Notes: generated from the letters alone by a model not told the origin. DNA of 64,000 nucleotides from Hyphomicrobiales bacterium (GCA_965247525.1 OZ252015.1:1310210-1374209); one strand, 5' to 3'. Shown: positions 29,868-38,666, counted from the stretch's first letter. Numbers and translations: made by a program.

Positions 29868-30899
29868 ATGGCAGACCTTCGCGTCCTTTATGTCGATGAC
29901 GACCCGGCGCTGACGCGACTGGTGCAAAAAGCGCTTGGCCGTCAAGGCATTGACGTCATTGCCGCGGAGGACGCGCAAGGCGCATTGGCGGCACTCGATG
30001 CAGCGCACGTTGATGTCATCGTTCTCGACCATTATCTTGCCGCTGGAACCGGCCTTGATATTCTCGGCAGCCTGAAAACACGCGCTCTTGCGCCGCCTGC
30101 CATTTACGTCACCGGCTCTGCCGAAACCGCTGTTGCAGTTGAGGCGCTCAAAGCGGGCGCTGAAGATTATATTTACAAAACGGCCGACAATGAATTCATG
30201 GTGCTTCTTGGCAGTGCCATCAATCAGGCTGTGGAGACCGCACGCCTGAAACGCGAAAAAGCACAGGCCGATGAAGATGTGCGCAAAGCGCGCGATCTTG
30301 CCGAACTGCTTTTGTCGGAGGTCAACCACCGCGTCGCCAATTCATTGGCATTGGTGGCCTCTCTCGTTCGCATGCAAATGACGTCGGTGGTCGATCCGGC
30401 CGCCCGCAATGCGCTGGCCGAAACTCAGGTGCGCATTTCAGCGATTGCTGACATTCATCGCCGCCTCTACACCTCTGAAAATGTCGCCTTTGTCGAAATG
30501 GACGCCTATCTGTCCAGCCTTCTAAGTGAGCTGGGCGCCGCCATGCAGGGCAATGGGTCTGCACTGCATATCCAGTCGGATCTCGACCCCGTGCGCATGG
30601 CGACAGACAAGGCGATCTCGGTTGGCATGATGGTCACCGAGCTGGTCACAAACGCTTTTAAATATGCCTATCCCGGCAGCCAGAGCGGTGAGATCCGCGT
30701 GAAACTGCGGCAGCACGAAACGGGCCTGGCAACACTGTCGGTTGAAGATGACGGCATTGGCTGGACAGGAGACGGCGCAGTGCAGGGTACAGGCCTTGGC
30801 ACGCGCATCGTCAATGCCATGGCCAAAAATCTGGATTCACAAACGGTGTACCGGCAGGTGGGCGCCGGCACGCAAGTGAGCGTGGATCTGGCGTTTTAA
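29868..30899 (+). CDS. receiver-HisKA_2 hybrid histidine kinase
   Basis: N-terminal receiver (YVDDD, VLDHYL). H-box [33 protein letters not shown]. Confidence 0.85.
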   Translation: MADLRVLYVDDDPALTRLVQKALGRQGIDVIAAEDAQGALAALDAAHVDVIVLDHYLAAGTGLDILGSLKTRALAPPAIYVTGSAETAVAVEALKAGAEDYIYKTADNEFMVLLGSAINQAVETARLKREKAQADEDVRKARDLAELLLSEVNHRVANSLALVASLVRMQMTSVVDPAARNALAETQVRISAIADIHRRLYTSENVAFVEMDAYLSSLLSELGAAMQGNGSALHIQSDLDPVRMATDKAISVGMMVTELVTNAFKYAYPGSQSGEIRVKLRQHETGLATLSVEDDGIGWTGDGAVQGTGLGTRIVNAMAKNLDSQTVYRQVGAGTQVSVDLAF

Positions 30900-30956
30900 T
30901 CGGGGGCTATTGATTGCGCAATTCGGTTTGCGCCTTGGGTGCGCCCCTTGGCATTT
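30900..30956. repeat. short degenerate copy of repeat family A
   Basis: attgattgcgcaattcggtttgcgccttgggtgcgcc resembles gattgcgccattcg / cttgcgcctcgggtgcgc. Confidence 0.5.
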
Positions 30957-31059
30957 TTTTTTTGCTTTCAAAAAACGGGCTTCTCGCAGCGATGCTCGAA
31001 GCATTTTTGCCTCAAAATATGCCACTGGCATATTTTAACCGCAAAGCGGTCAGCAAAAA

Positions 31060-31144
31060 TGGTGCCCCTGGCCGGAATCGAACCAGCACGCCTTTCGGCA
31101 CTCGATTTTGAGTCGAGCGCGTCTACCAATTCCGCCACAGGGGC
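31060..31144 (-). tRNA. tRNA-Leu (anticodon CAA)
   Basis: Minus-strand sequence GCCCCTGTGGCGGAATTGGTAGACGCGCTCGACTCAAAATCGAGTGCCGAAAGGCGTGCTGGTTCGATTCCGGCCAGGGGCACCA. It folds as a cloverleaf with a long variable arm, anticodon loop CTCAAAA and encoded CCA. Confidence 0.93.
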
Positions 31145-31359
31145 AGCAGAACTTAGCGTTTTGCCGTGAACCCTCTCAAAGTGCAAGCAGAACTTGCGGT
31201 TTAGAAAATACGGCCTGAAATCCGTGCGGTTTCAGAAGCTTATGTGCCTGGCACAATGTATTGCCCTGATCTGAACGCATTTGGGGCGTTCACCATCTGT
31301 TATGTACTCTCATGTTCTTTTCAACCTTCGCGACGAAACGCGAAAGGGTGCGTTGTTCG

Positions 31360-31938
31360 ATGCTTGAGAGGCTGTACGGCTGGATCGTCTCTTTTTCCGC
31401 GCATCCACGCGCTGTGTATGTACTGGCGCTGATTTCATTTCTTGAAAGCTCCGTGTCGCCGGTGCCGCCGATCCCCTTGTTGATCCCGATGTGTCTGGCG
31501 CGCCCTGACCGCGCCTTTCGCTATGCTACAATCTGCGCCGTGTTTTCGGTGCTGGGCGGTGTTGTCGGCTATGGCATCGGCCATCTTCTTTATGAAACGC
31601 TTGGGCTGTGGATCATCAACACTTATGGGCTGGAACAGCAGGCCGCAGATTTGCAGCATCAGGCCAGTTCTTATTGGTTCTGGCTGCTGATCACCAAAGG
31701 GCTGACGCCGATTCCGTTCAAGCTGGTGACGATCATGTCCGGCCTGATCAGCTATCATTTCGGCCTGTTCATGCTGGGCTCAATCATTGCCCGTTTCACC
31801 TTCTTTTTCATGTTTGCGCTGGCGCTGCGCATCTGGGGCGCGCAGATCCGCACATTCATCGAAACACAGCTGAAGCTTGCAACTTTTATCCTTCTGGCTT
31901 TTTTAATCGGCGGCTTCGTGCTGATTAGGTATATCTAG
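31360..31938 (+). CDS. YqaA/DedA-superfamily membrane protein
   Basis: YVLALISFLESSVSPVPP motif and multiple TM helices. ATG 31312 is an alternative start. Confidence 0.75.
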   Translation: MLERLYGWIVSFSAHPRAVYVLALISFLESSVSPVPPIPLLIPMCLARPDRAFRYATICAVFSVLGGVVGYGIGHLLYETLGLWIINTYGLEQQAADLQHQASSYWFWLLITKGLTPIPFKLVTIMSGLISYHFGLFMLGSIIARFTFFFMFALALRIWGAQIRTFIETQLKLATFILLAFLIGGFVLIRYI

Positions 31939-32118
31939 CGCCCGAGGCTTGCCGAATGGCGCAATCAAACCCGCCCGAGCTTTAGCGAATGGCGCAATCA
32001 AACCCGCCCGAGCTTTTGCGAATGGCGCAGTCAGACCCGCCCGAGGCCGCGCACCCGAGGCGCAAGCCGAATGGTGCAACAAAATCAAGCCGAATGGCGC
32101 AGACAAAAACAGAGCTTT
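31936..32118. repeat. repeat family A array (three 33-bp tandem units plus tail), left inverted arm flanking dsbB
   Basis: GAATGGCGCAATCAAACCCGCCCGAGCTTTAGC starts at 31954, 31987 and 32020. It is followed by cccgaggccgcgcacccgaggcgcaagccgaatggtgcaac. Confidence 0.85.
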
Positions 32119-32123
32119 AGAAA

Positions 32124-32633
32124 ATGCCGAAGATTCACACAAAAAGGCCTCTCTATTACGTAAGCATGACAACAGCGCTCGGTCTGTCGCTGGCGCTTCT
32201 TGTTGCGCTCATCAGCGAGCATTTTTTTGGACTTGTCCCATGCGAGCTTTGTCTTGCTGAGCGCTGGCCTTATTATTATGGGGCACCGCTCGCCATGGCG
32301 ACGGCCTGCCTTGGGCTAAACATTCATCGCATCATGCTCACACGCATGGCCGCTCTTGCGGTGCTGTGTGTTCTTGCATGGGGATTGTTTTTAGGCATTC
32401 ACCATAGCGGTGTTGAATTTGGCTGGTGGCCTGCGCCCGAACTCTGCCGCAGTCTTGGCCTTCAGGCGCGCAATGCCGGGGCGCTTCTGGCGCAGCTGCA
32501 ACCCATCACGCCGTGTGATGCACCCTCGTTTCGCCTGTTCGGCGTTCTCTCTTTTGCCAATATGAACGTGCTGGTGATGGCCGCGCTGATTGTGCTGAAC
32601 AGTGCGGCGCTCTGGCGCTCTTTTTCTAAATAA
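32124..32633 (+). CDS. dsbB: disulfide bond formation protein B (DsbB family)
   Basis: PCELCLAERWPYY CxxC motif in the first periplasmic loop, 4 TM helices, second Cys pair region ELCRS...ITPCD. Confidence 0.82.
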   Translation: MPKIHTKRPLYYVSMTTALGLSLALLVALISEHFFGLVPCELCLAERWPYYYGAPLAMATACLGLNIHRIMLTRMAALAVLCVLAWGLFLGIHHSGVEFGWWPAPELCRSLGLQARNAGALLAQLQPITPCDAPSFRLFGVLSFANMNVLVMAALIVLNSAALWRSFSK

Positions 32634-32679
32634 ACGAGCCTTGATAAGGCCGTTCGCGTACGGCGCTCAAGCAGTTTTT

Positions 32680-32792
32680 TTGTTGTGCACCATTTGGCTT
32701 GCGCCTCGGGTGCGCTGCCTCGGGCAGGTTTGAATGCGCCATTCGCTAAAGCTCGGGCGGGTTTGATTGCGCCATTCGCTAAAGCTTGGGCG
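32680..32792. repeat. repeat family A array (two 33-bp units plus tail), right inverted arm flanking dsbB
   Basis: The reverse complement of 32686-32790 aligns almost base for base with 31941-32080. Confidence 0.85.
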
Positions 32793-33350
32793 TTATGACT
32801 CCAGAACGCTGTCCCAGTACAAATAATCCAGCCAACTGTTGTGCAGATAGTTGGGCGGAAACAGCCGGCCATTGTTATGAAGATCGTGCACCTGCGGGCG
32901 ATAGGGTTTCTGGATCGGCCAGAGTTTCGCCTCCGCCGGCAAATGGCTGCCTTTGCGCAAATTGCAGGGCGAGCACGCGGCCACCACATTTTCCCACGTT
33001 GTCAGGCCGCCGCGTGAGCGCGGAATAATGTGGTCGAAGGTCAGCTCTTCGGGCGCGCCGCAATACTGGCAGATAAATTTGTCGCGCAGAAAAACGTTGA
33101 AGCGGGTAAAGGCGGGATAGCGCGAGGGTTTGACATAGGTCTTCAAACACAAAACGGAGGGCAGGCGCATTTCATGCGTGGGCGAGCGCACAACCTTGTC
33201 GTAAAGCGCGACGATGTGCACGCGCTCCAGACACACGGCTTTGACAGCATCCTGCCATGACCAGAGCGAAAGAGGATAATAGGACAAAGGGCGATAGTCC
33301 GCATTGAGGACAAGAGCAGGGCAGGCGTCTGGGTTCGCCGTCTGCATCAT
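32793..33350 (-). CDS. HNH endonuclease
   Basis: CQYCGAPEELTFDHIIPRSRGGLTTWENVVAACSPCNLRKG. Confidence 0.88.
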   Translation of the reverse strand: MMQTANPDACPALVLNADYRPLSYYPLSLWSWQDAVKAVCLERVHIVALYDKVVRSPTHEMRLPSVLCLKTYVKPSRYPAFTRFNVFLRDKFICQYCGAPEELTFDHIIPRSRGGLTTWENVVAACSPCNLRKGSHLPAEAKLWPIQKPYRPQVHDLHNNGRLFPPNYLHNSWLDYLYWDSVLES

Positions 33351-33514
33351 CTGTGATGTCGCTCATCTGTCATGAATCACCTTAAGATCCATTGTCGGCG
33401 AACCGGCTTTAAAAGTGAAGCCTTAGCTGACTTTACCCACTATATCGTGGGAGGCGTGAACAGATCCTCACCAGATCTGGTCACATCGGCGTGAGGCTGG
33501 GCTTGTCCAATGCT

Positions 33515-34795
33515 TTACCTCACAGCCTGGGTCTGGAATTTGCCGTCTTTCCACTTCTGATAGAGCGTACCTGACGGGCCTCCAGGGATAAGGAAATAAG
33601 TTTTGCCGTTATACTCAGTTGTTCCGTCCGTTTTCTTGTCGCCATTGCCAGGGTTTCTGATCACATTCGTGCCGTCCAAAGTGAACGCATTGCCGCCGCC
33701 ATCATTCGTGGCCTTGTCTTTCATTTCGGAATAGGTCGTGTTGGCCGTCAGGACTGTGTCACTGTTTTTCAGTGCGGTCTGGATGGTTTTGTAATCTTGG
33801 GCGTCGATCTGAGACAGCACTTCGCAGCCAGCAAGATAAAGGTGCTTTGATTGCTTTAAAAGCCCGGAGGCATTATCGCCCGCATCGTCTTGAATGGATG
33901 GAAATAAATTCCATTTGACACGACCATATGCATCGCCAAGCCATCCATCGGTACCGCCATGCGAGTTCACCGCAATCGTATCGAAACGGTCTGGATTTCC
34001 GTCGGCATCTTTTGGCAGATAGGCCGTACGGAACGCGTTCATGAATTTCTCGACTTTTGCATAGCTGCCGTTTGTGACAATTACTGATATTGGCGCAGCT
34101 CCGTCCGGTGTTTTGCTCTGCGCGTCTTTGGAAAAGATGCCCCTGTCTCTTGCCGCTGCAATGTCATAGGTCGTCATAACGAAACGCGAGGGGTCAATCT
34201 TGTCGCCCGGCTTGTTTACCAATGTCAGGCCACAATCTTTAGCCATTTTTTGTAGGTCTTTGTAATTTATAGTTGATGTTTGCGCGACCTGTGGGGTTGT
34301 CGCTTCTTTGACTGATGCAAGCCTTGGCCGCTCTGAAACTGGTTTTGAAGGTACATCGGCAATGATTTTTTGCGGGACTGAATTGGTGAGCTTTGCTGTC
34401 TGGATAGTTACAGAAGATTGAGGGAGTATTGATGATAATGTTATATCTGTGAATTTAAGACCACTTTTATTAAATTTTTCCTGAAAATCTCCATAACGAT
34501 CAAGAACTTCGCGGCTTGTAAGTATTTTATCTTCACCGGCCATGACTTCCAGTTTAGAGAGATCAATATTAAGTTTTTTGAGTTTTTCCTTGTCGAGCTT
34601 GCGTAAATCTAGAGAGGCGCTGTTTATCGATGTGGCTGTATCGCCTTTATGCGTGACAATGACCGCATCAGCGGCGCCGGCCTCTTCTGCAAGGGTTTGA
34701 AAAAACGCCACACGCTCCTTGAAGCTGTCAATGCGTGTGTCTGAACCAAATGATGAATTTTTCTTTGCAGCATCTGAAAAAATAGAATTGGCCAT
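33515..34795 (-). CDS. orphan hypothetical protein (426 aa) with possible clan-CD-like His/Cys pair
   Basis: Long ATG ORF whose 5' half is visibly AT-rich. No signal peptide. IAVNSHGG (His279) and HLYLAGCEV (Cys324) lie 45 residues apart. Confidence 0.6.
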   Translation of the reverse strand: MANSIFSDAAKKNSSFGSDTRIDSFKERVAFFQTLAEEAGAADAVIVTHKGDTATSINSASLDLRKLDKEKLKKLNIDLSKLEVMAGEDKILTSREVLDRYGDFQEKFNKSGLKFTDITLSSILPQSSVTIQTAKLTNSVPQKIIADVPSKPVSERPRLASVKEATTPQVAQTSTINYKDLQKMAKDCGLTLVNKPGDKIDPSRFVMTTYDIAAARDRGIFSKDAQSKTPDGAAPISVIVTNGSYAKVEKFMNAFRTAYLPKDADGNPDRFDTIAVNSHGGTDGWLGDAYGRVKWNLFPSIQDDAGDNASGLLKQSKHLYLAGCEVLSQIDAQDYKTIQTALKNSDTVLTANTTYSEMKDKATNDGGGNAFTLDGTNVIRNPGNGDKKTDGTTEYNGKTYFLIPGGPSGTLYQKWKDGKFQTQAVR

Positions 34796-34871
34796 AACGC
34801 GCCCCTTGCGAAAATGTTATGGAATTAAAACATCGCGCCGTAATCGACGCCAGCTGAAACTCAATTCAGAA

Positions 34872-34900
34872 TAAATACACATGAATTTTTGACTTCTCAA
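34872..34900 (-). promoter_or_regulatory. candidate sigma-70 promoter for the orphan gene, with a palindrome over the -35
   Basis: Minus strand reads TTGAGA-N17-TATTTA. TCTCAAtTTGAGA palindrome at 34895-34907. Confidence 0.3.
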
Positions 34901-34915
34901 TTTGAGATACAATAT

Positions 34916-35605
34916 TTACTTTTTATTATTTCTATTTTTCACATTCCCATAATGCGCCCATAAAAGCCGTGCCGCGACACCGCGCCAAGGCGACCATCGT
35001 CTGGCATAGGTTTCAAGTTGCGCGGCGTCCGGCCGCGTCCGCATGGCGCCCATCATCCGCACGGCTTCCTGCAGGGCCAAATCGCCCGGCGCAAAAGCGT
35101 CGCTATGGCCAAGGCAAAACAGGAGATAGATGTCGGCCGTCCATGGCCCGATGCCGGAGATGGAGGTGAGCATAGCGCGTGCCTCTTCAACGGGGGCAGT
35201 CTGGATAAATTTGAAATCAAGCGTTCCGTTTTTGACCGCCTGCGCCACGGCGCGAAGGGTTTTGATTTTGGGGCCAGACAGGCCACACCTGCGCAAGCTT
35301 TGCTCGCGCATGCGCAATATTTTTTCAGGTGTGATGTCTTTTGCCCATGCTTTGAGCCGCGCTTCAATTGTATTGGCCGCGGCAATTGAAAGCTGCTGGC
35401 CAATCACAATGTTGACGAGGCTTTCAAAGCCCCCGCCACGACGGCGCAGGGGCGGCAGTTGAAGATCGGCAACAAGTTTCGCCATATATTTGCACGTGGC
35501 GGACAAATGCGCGCAGCCTGCCGCAAGGTCTTGATCGGTTTGGATGAGGCGCAAATTTATTCCCAATTTACTGTCATTGCGAGGGTGTAACCCGAGGCAA
35601 TCCAT
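34916..35605 (-). CDS. DNA-3-methyladenine glycosylase II-like HhH-GPD base-excision enzyme
   Basis: GIGPWTADIYLLF hairpin-helix motif and FAPGDLALQEA catalytic-Asp region. Start uncertain: ATG 35605 lies inside a palindromic repeat, and TTG 35554 giving MRLIQTDQDL is a plausible alternative. Confidence 0.8.
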   Translation of the reverse strand: MDCLGLHPRNDSKLGINLRLIQTDQDLAAGCAHLSATCKYMAKLVADLQLPPLRRRGGGFESLVNIVIGQQLSIAAANTIEARLKAWAKDITPEKILRMREQSLRRCGLSGPKIKTLRAVAQAVKNGTLDFKFIQTAPVEEARAMLTSISGIGPWTADIYLLFCLGHSDAFAPGDLALQEAVRMMGAMRTRPDAAQLETYARRWSPWRGVAARLLWAHYGNVKNRNNKK

Positions 35606-35654
35606 TTTACATTTGAAACGATAGTATGGATTGCTTCGCCGCGCTCGCAATGAC
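35573..35654. repeat. 82-bp palindromic element (family C, GTCATTGCGAG...CTCGCAATGAC)
   Basis: Terminal 11-bp inverted repeats plus inner ggcaatccat/atggattgc arms. Lies in the divergent promoter region between the glycosylase gene and paaJ. Confidence 0.75.
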
Positions 35655-35665
35655 ATATAAATAGC

Positions 35666-36865
35666 ATGTCAGCCAACGCCTATATCGTCGATTATATCCG
35701 CACCCCCTTTGGCCGTTATGGCGGGGCGCTTTCAGCCGTGCGCCCCGATGACATGGCCGCACATGTGATCCGGGCGCTGATGCAGCGCACGGCATTGGGG
35801 CGCGAAGACATTGACGAGGTCATTTTAGGCTGTGCCAATCAGGCGGGCGAAGACAACCGCAATGTGGCGCGCATGGCCTCGCTTTTAGGCGGTCTGTCGC
35901 CCGTCGTGCCTGCGGTCACAGTCAACCGCTTGTGCGGCTCGGGACTTGATGCAGTGGCCATTGCAGCACGCCAGATCAAATGCGGCGAGGCCGATCTCAT
36001 TGTCGCGGGCGGCGTTGAGAGCATGAGCCGCGCGCCCTATGTCGTTGGGAAAGCGGCACCAGCGTTTTCACGCGACCAGCAGATGTTTGACACCACTTTG
36101 GGCTGGCGGTTTGTCAATCCGATCATGGAGCGCCTTTACGGCACGCTGTCCATGCCGGAAACAGCGGAATGCGTTGCCGATGAATATGATATTTCACGTG
36201 AGACCCAAGACGCATTTGCACTGCGCTCGCAGGAGCGCGCGGCCAAGGCGCAAAAAAGCGGTGCCTTTGCCAAAGAAATCGCGGCGCTTGAGATACCCGT
36301 CAAAAACGGCGTGCAGAGCATTGCCGACGATGAACAGCTGCGGGCGACAAGTCTTGAAGGGCTGGCGAAATTACCAACGCCGTTTCGGCTGAACGGAACC
36401 GTGACCGCGGGCAATGCGTCCAGCCTCAATGATGGCGCTGCGGCTGTGCTGGTGTGCTCTGAGGCTGCGCTGCAAAAGTACAATCTGACACCGGTTGCCC
36501 GCATTCTGGGTGCGGCGACGGCCGGTGTGCCGCCGCGTATTATGGGCATTGGCCCTGCGCCCGCCACGCTGAAACTTATGGAGCGTTTGCAGCTCACCAT
36601 CAAGGATTTTGATGTGATCGAATTGAATGAAGCCTTTGCGGCGCAAGCACTTGCAGTAACGCGTTCGCTGAAATTGCCGGATGACGCCGCACATGTGAAC
36701 GCGCAAGGCGGCGCGATTGCGCTCGGCCATCCTCTGGGTGCGTCCGGCGCGCGCCTTGTCGGCACGGCCGCGCGGCAATTGCAGGACAAGGGCGGAAAAT
36801 ATGCGCTGGCGACAATGTGCATTGGCGTTGGCCAAGGCATCGCGCTGGCGATCGAGCGGGTGTAA
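35666..36865 (+). CDS. paaJ: 3-oxoadipyl-CoA / 3-oxo-5,6-dehydrosuberyl-CoA thiolase
   Basis: Thiolase I motifs [40 protein letters not shown]. Heads the paa cluster. Confidence 0.88.
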   Translation: MSANAYIVDYIRTPFGRYGGALSAVRPDDMAAHVIRALMQRTALGREDIDEVILGCANQAGEDNRNVARMASLLGGLSPVVPAVTVNRLCGSGLDAVAIAARQIKCGEADLIVAGGVESMSRAPYVVGKAAPAFSRDQQMFDTTLGWRFVNPIMERLYGTLSMPETAECVADEYDISRETQDAFALRSQERAAKAQKSGAFAKEIAALEIPVKNGVQSIADDEQLRATSLEGLAKLPTPFRLNGTVTAGNASSLNDGAAAVLVCSEAALQKYNLTPVARILGAATAGVPPRIMGIGPAPATLKLMERLQLTIKDFDVIELNEAFAAQALAVTRSLKLPDDAAHVNAQGGAIALGHPLGASGARLVGTAARQLQDKGGKYALATMCIGVGQGIALAIERV

Positions 36866-36896
36866 ATTTCAACTGTTTTCTGCTAAGGGTGGTGAC

Positions 36897-37874
36897 ATGT
36901 ACACACAAGGCCTCAATACCGGCGAACAGACGCAAAGCAGCGATCCGCGCGAGATTGCCTTTCAGGCAAAGATCGACGCCGATCTGAAAATCGAACCCAA
37001 TGACTGGATGCCGGACGCGTACCGAAAAACGCTTGTTCGCCAGATGGCGCAGCATGCGCATTCTGAAATTATCGGCATGCAGCCGGAAGGCAACTGGATC
37101 ACACGCGCGCCATCTTTGCGGCGCAAGGCCGCGCTTCTTGCCAAAGTGCAGGACGAGGGCGGGCACGGGCTCTATCTCTATGCCGCGGCTGAAACGCTTG
37201 GCGTCTCGCGCGAAGAGATGCAGCAGCAGCTTCTTGAGGGCAAAGCAAAATACTCGTCCATTTTCAACTATCCGACATTGAGCTGGGCTGACATGGGCGC
37301 GATTGGCTGGCTGGTGGATGGCGCAGCGATCATGAACCAGATTCCCTTGTGCCGCTGTTCTTACGGCCCTTATGCGCGCGCCATGGTGCGGATCTGCAAG
37401 GAAGAAAGTTTTCACCAGAGGCAGGGCTATGAAATCATGGTCACGCTGGCGAACGGCACCGAGGCGCAAAAGAAAATGGCGCAGGACAGCCTGAACCGCT
37501 GGTGGTGGCCAAGCCTGATGATGTTTGGCCCACCGGATGGGGAATCGCTGCATAGCACGGACGCAATGCGCTGGCGCATCAAGCGTTTTTCAAACGATGA
37601 GCTGCGTCAGAAATTTGTCGATGCAACAGTGCCGCAGGGCCATCATCTTGGCCTGACATTTCCAGATCCGGCGCTGAACTGGAACGCACAGACAGGGCAT
37701 TGGGAATTTGGCGAGATTGACTGGAGCGAGTTTAAACAGGTTGTCTCCGGCAACGGCCCGTGCAACGCGCAGCGCCTTGCCGCGCGCCGGAGCGCGCATG
37801 ACAGCGGCGCGTGGGTGCGCGAGGCTGCAATGGCTTACGCAGAAAAACAGCAGACCTTGCAGGCGGCCGAATGA
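36897..37874 (+). CDS. paaA: 1,2-phenylacetyl-CoA epoxidase subunit A
   Basis: Di-iron protein motifs [14 protein letters not shown] and [20 protein letters not shown]. The track start at 36717 overlaps paaJ. Confidence 0.92.
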   Translation: MYTQGLNTGEQTQSSDPREIAFQAKIDADLKIEPNDWMPDAYRKTLVRQMAQHAHSEIIGMQPEGNWITRAPSLRRKAALLAKVQDEGGHGLYLYAAAETLGVSREEMQQQLLEGKAKYSSIFNYPTLSWADMGAIGWLVDGAAIMNQIPLCRCSYGPYARAMVRICKEESFHQRQGYEIMVTLANGTEAQKKMAQDSLNRWWWPSLMMFGPPDGESLHSTDAMRWRIKRFSNDELRQKFVDATVPQGHHLGLTFPDPALNWNAQTGHWEFGEIDWSEFKQVVSGNGPCNAQRLAARRSAHDSGAWVREAAMAYAEKQQTLQAAE

Positions 37875-38122
37875 AAATCTATCTTGCAATGACACAGCGC
37901 AAGCCAAGCTTTCAGCCCGATTGCCTTGCGCCGCATTACGCATTTCTCGACGGGTTGCGCCAGTCGGGTGTGTTGCTGCAGGCGGGCGGTTTTAGCGACA
38001 AGTCGGGCGGTGCTTACACGTTTAAAGCCGAGAGTTTTGCGCAGGCGCAGGCGCTGGTCGATACTGACCCGTTGCACACGACCAACTCGTCGTTGATCAC
38101 CCTCTATGAATGGAACACCTAA
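37871..38122 (+). CDS. YciI-family protein inserted between paaA and paaB
   Basis: 83 aa. [35 protein letters not shown] is YciI-like. ATGA overlap with the paaA stop. Confidence 0.7.
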   Translation: MKIYLAMTQRKPSFQPDCLAPHYAFLDGLRQSGVLLQAGGFSDKSGGAYTFKAESFAQAQALVDTDPLHTTNSSLITLYEWNT

Positions 38123-38125
38123 AGC

Positions 38126-38413
38126 ATGGCCGATCAAAACATGCCGCTCTGGGAAGTGTTTGTGCGCGCGCGCAATGGGCTGGCGCATCAGCATGTCGGT
38201 TCCGTGCACGCGGCCGATGCCGGAATGGCGCTTCAGCATGCGCGCGATGTCTACACGCGCCGCAGCGAAGGCGTGTCGCTTTGGGTGGTGCCGTCGAACA
38301 GCATTACGGCGTCCGATCCTGCCGACAAGGACATGCTGTTTGAGCCGGCAGCGAGCAAAATTTATCGCCATCCGACATTTTACGATGTCCCCGACGATGT
38401 GGGGCATATGTGA
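38126..38413 (+). CDS. paaB: 1,2-phenylacetyl-CoA epoxidase subunit B
   Basis: MPLWEVFVRARNGLAHQHVGSVHAADAGMALQHARDVYTRR. Confidence 0.92.
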   Translation: MADQNMPLWEVFVRARNGLAHQHVGSVHAADAGMALQHARDVYTRRSEGVSLWVVPSNSITASDPADKDMLFEPAASKIYRHPTFYDVPDDVGHM

Positions 38414-38433
38414 GGAGCGACAGCGCAGCTGAA

Positions 38434-38660
38434 AAATTGCCCCAGTGGGGCAATTTAAGCGACGAACGCCCCGAGCCCAAGCGAAGGGCAAATTGCTCGA
38501 TGATCAAACGACCTGAGCCCAAGCGAAGGGCAAATCGCTCTATGATCAAACGCCCCGAGCGAAGCAAGAGGCAGCTTTCTCCCATAACCGCTCGCCCCAG
38601 CGAAAGCTGGGGCTTTGTCGGCATAAAATTTCAAGGAAATTCCTGCTTGCGCAGGACTAA
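38434..38660. repeat. composite repeat insertion between paaB and paaC (42-bp tandem units plus hairpins)
   Basis: Palindrome TTGCCCCAgTGGGGCAA at 38437-38453. 42-bp units at 38467-38508 and 38509-38550 (4 mismatches) plus a partial third unit. Hairpin GCCCCAGC-gaaa-GCTGGGGC at 38594-38613 followed by TTT. Hairpin tcctgcttgcgcagga. Confidence 0.85.
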
Positions 38661-38666
38661 GCGGAG

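Noticed and set aside
30939-31186. ORFs 30939..31169 (+) and 30968..31186 (-)
   Set aside because: Both run across the tRNA-Leu gene at 31060-31144.
31954-32052. Tandem 33-bp repeats here, and 42-bp repeats at 38467-38550, as a possible CRISPR array
   Set aside because: The units are directly adjacent with no unique spacers. There are only 2-3 copies and no cas genes. The same units recur singly at other intergenic sites, so these are REP/MITE-like repeats and not CRISPR.
31903-32989. ORFs 31949..32260, 31903..32172 and 32462..32989, with repetitive translations such as PNGAIKPARALANGAIKPARAF
   Set aside because: Their coding potential comes from reading through the repeat arrays in both orientations. 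They also overlap dsbB and the HNH gene.
35607-35795. 62-aa minus-strand ORF ending ...VIASAAKQSILSFQM, and the 35656 start of the glycosylase ORF
   Set aside because: The sequence is encoded by the 82-bp palindromic element (family C) and overlaps the paaJ start. It is a repeat-derived pseudo-ORF or extension.
36600-37553. 317-aa minus-strand ORF antisense to paaJ/paaA, with similar long antisense ORFs such as 1363..2013, 3438..4010, 7913..8545, 44805..45542 and 55498..56208
   Set aside because: They lie entirely opposite genes with strong family signatures. Their Arg/Ala/Pro/Cys-rich low-complexity translations are typical of shadow frames in GC-rich coding DNA, and they contain no motifs.
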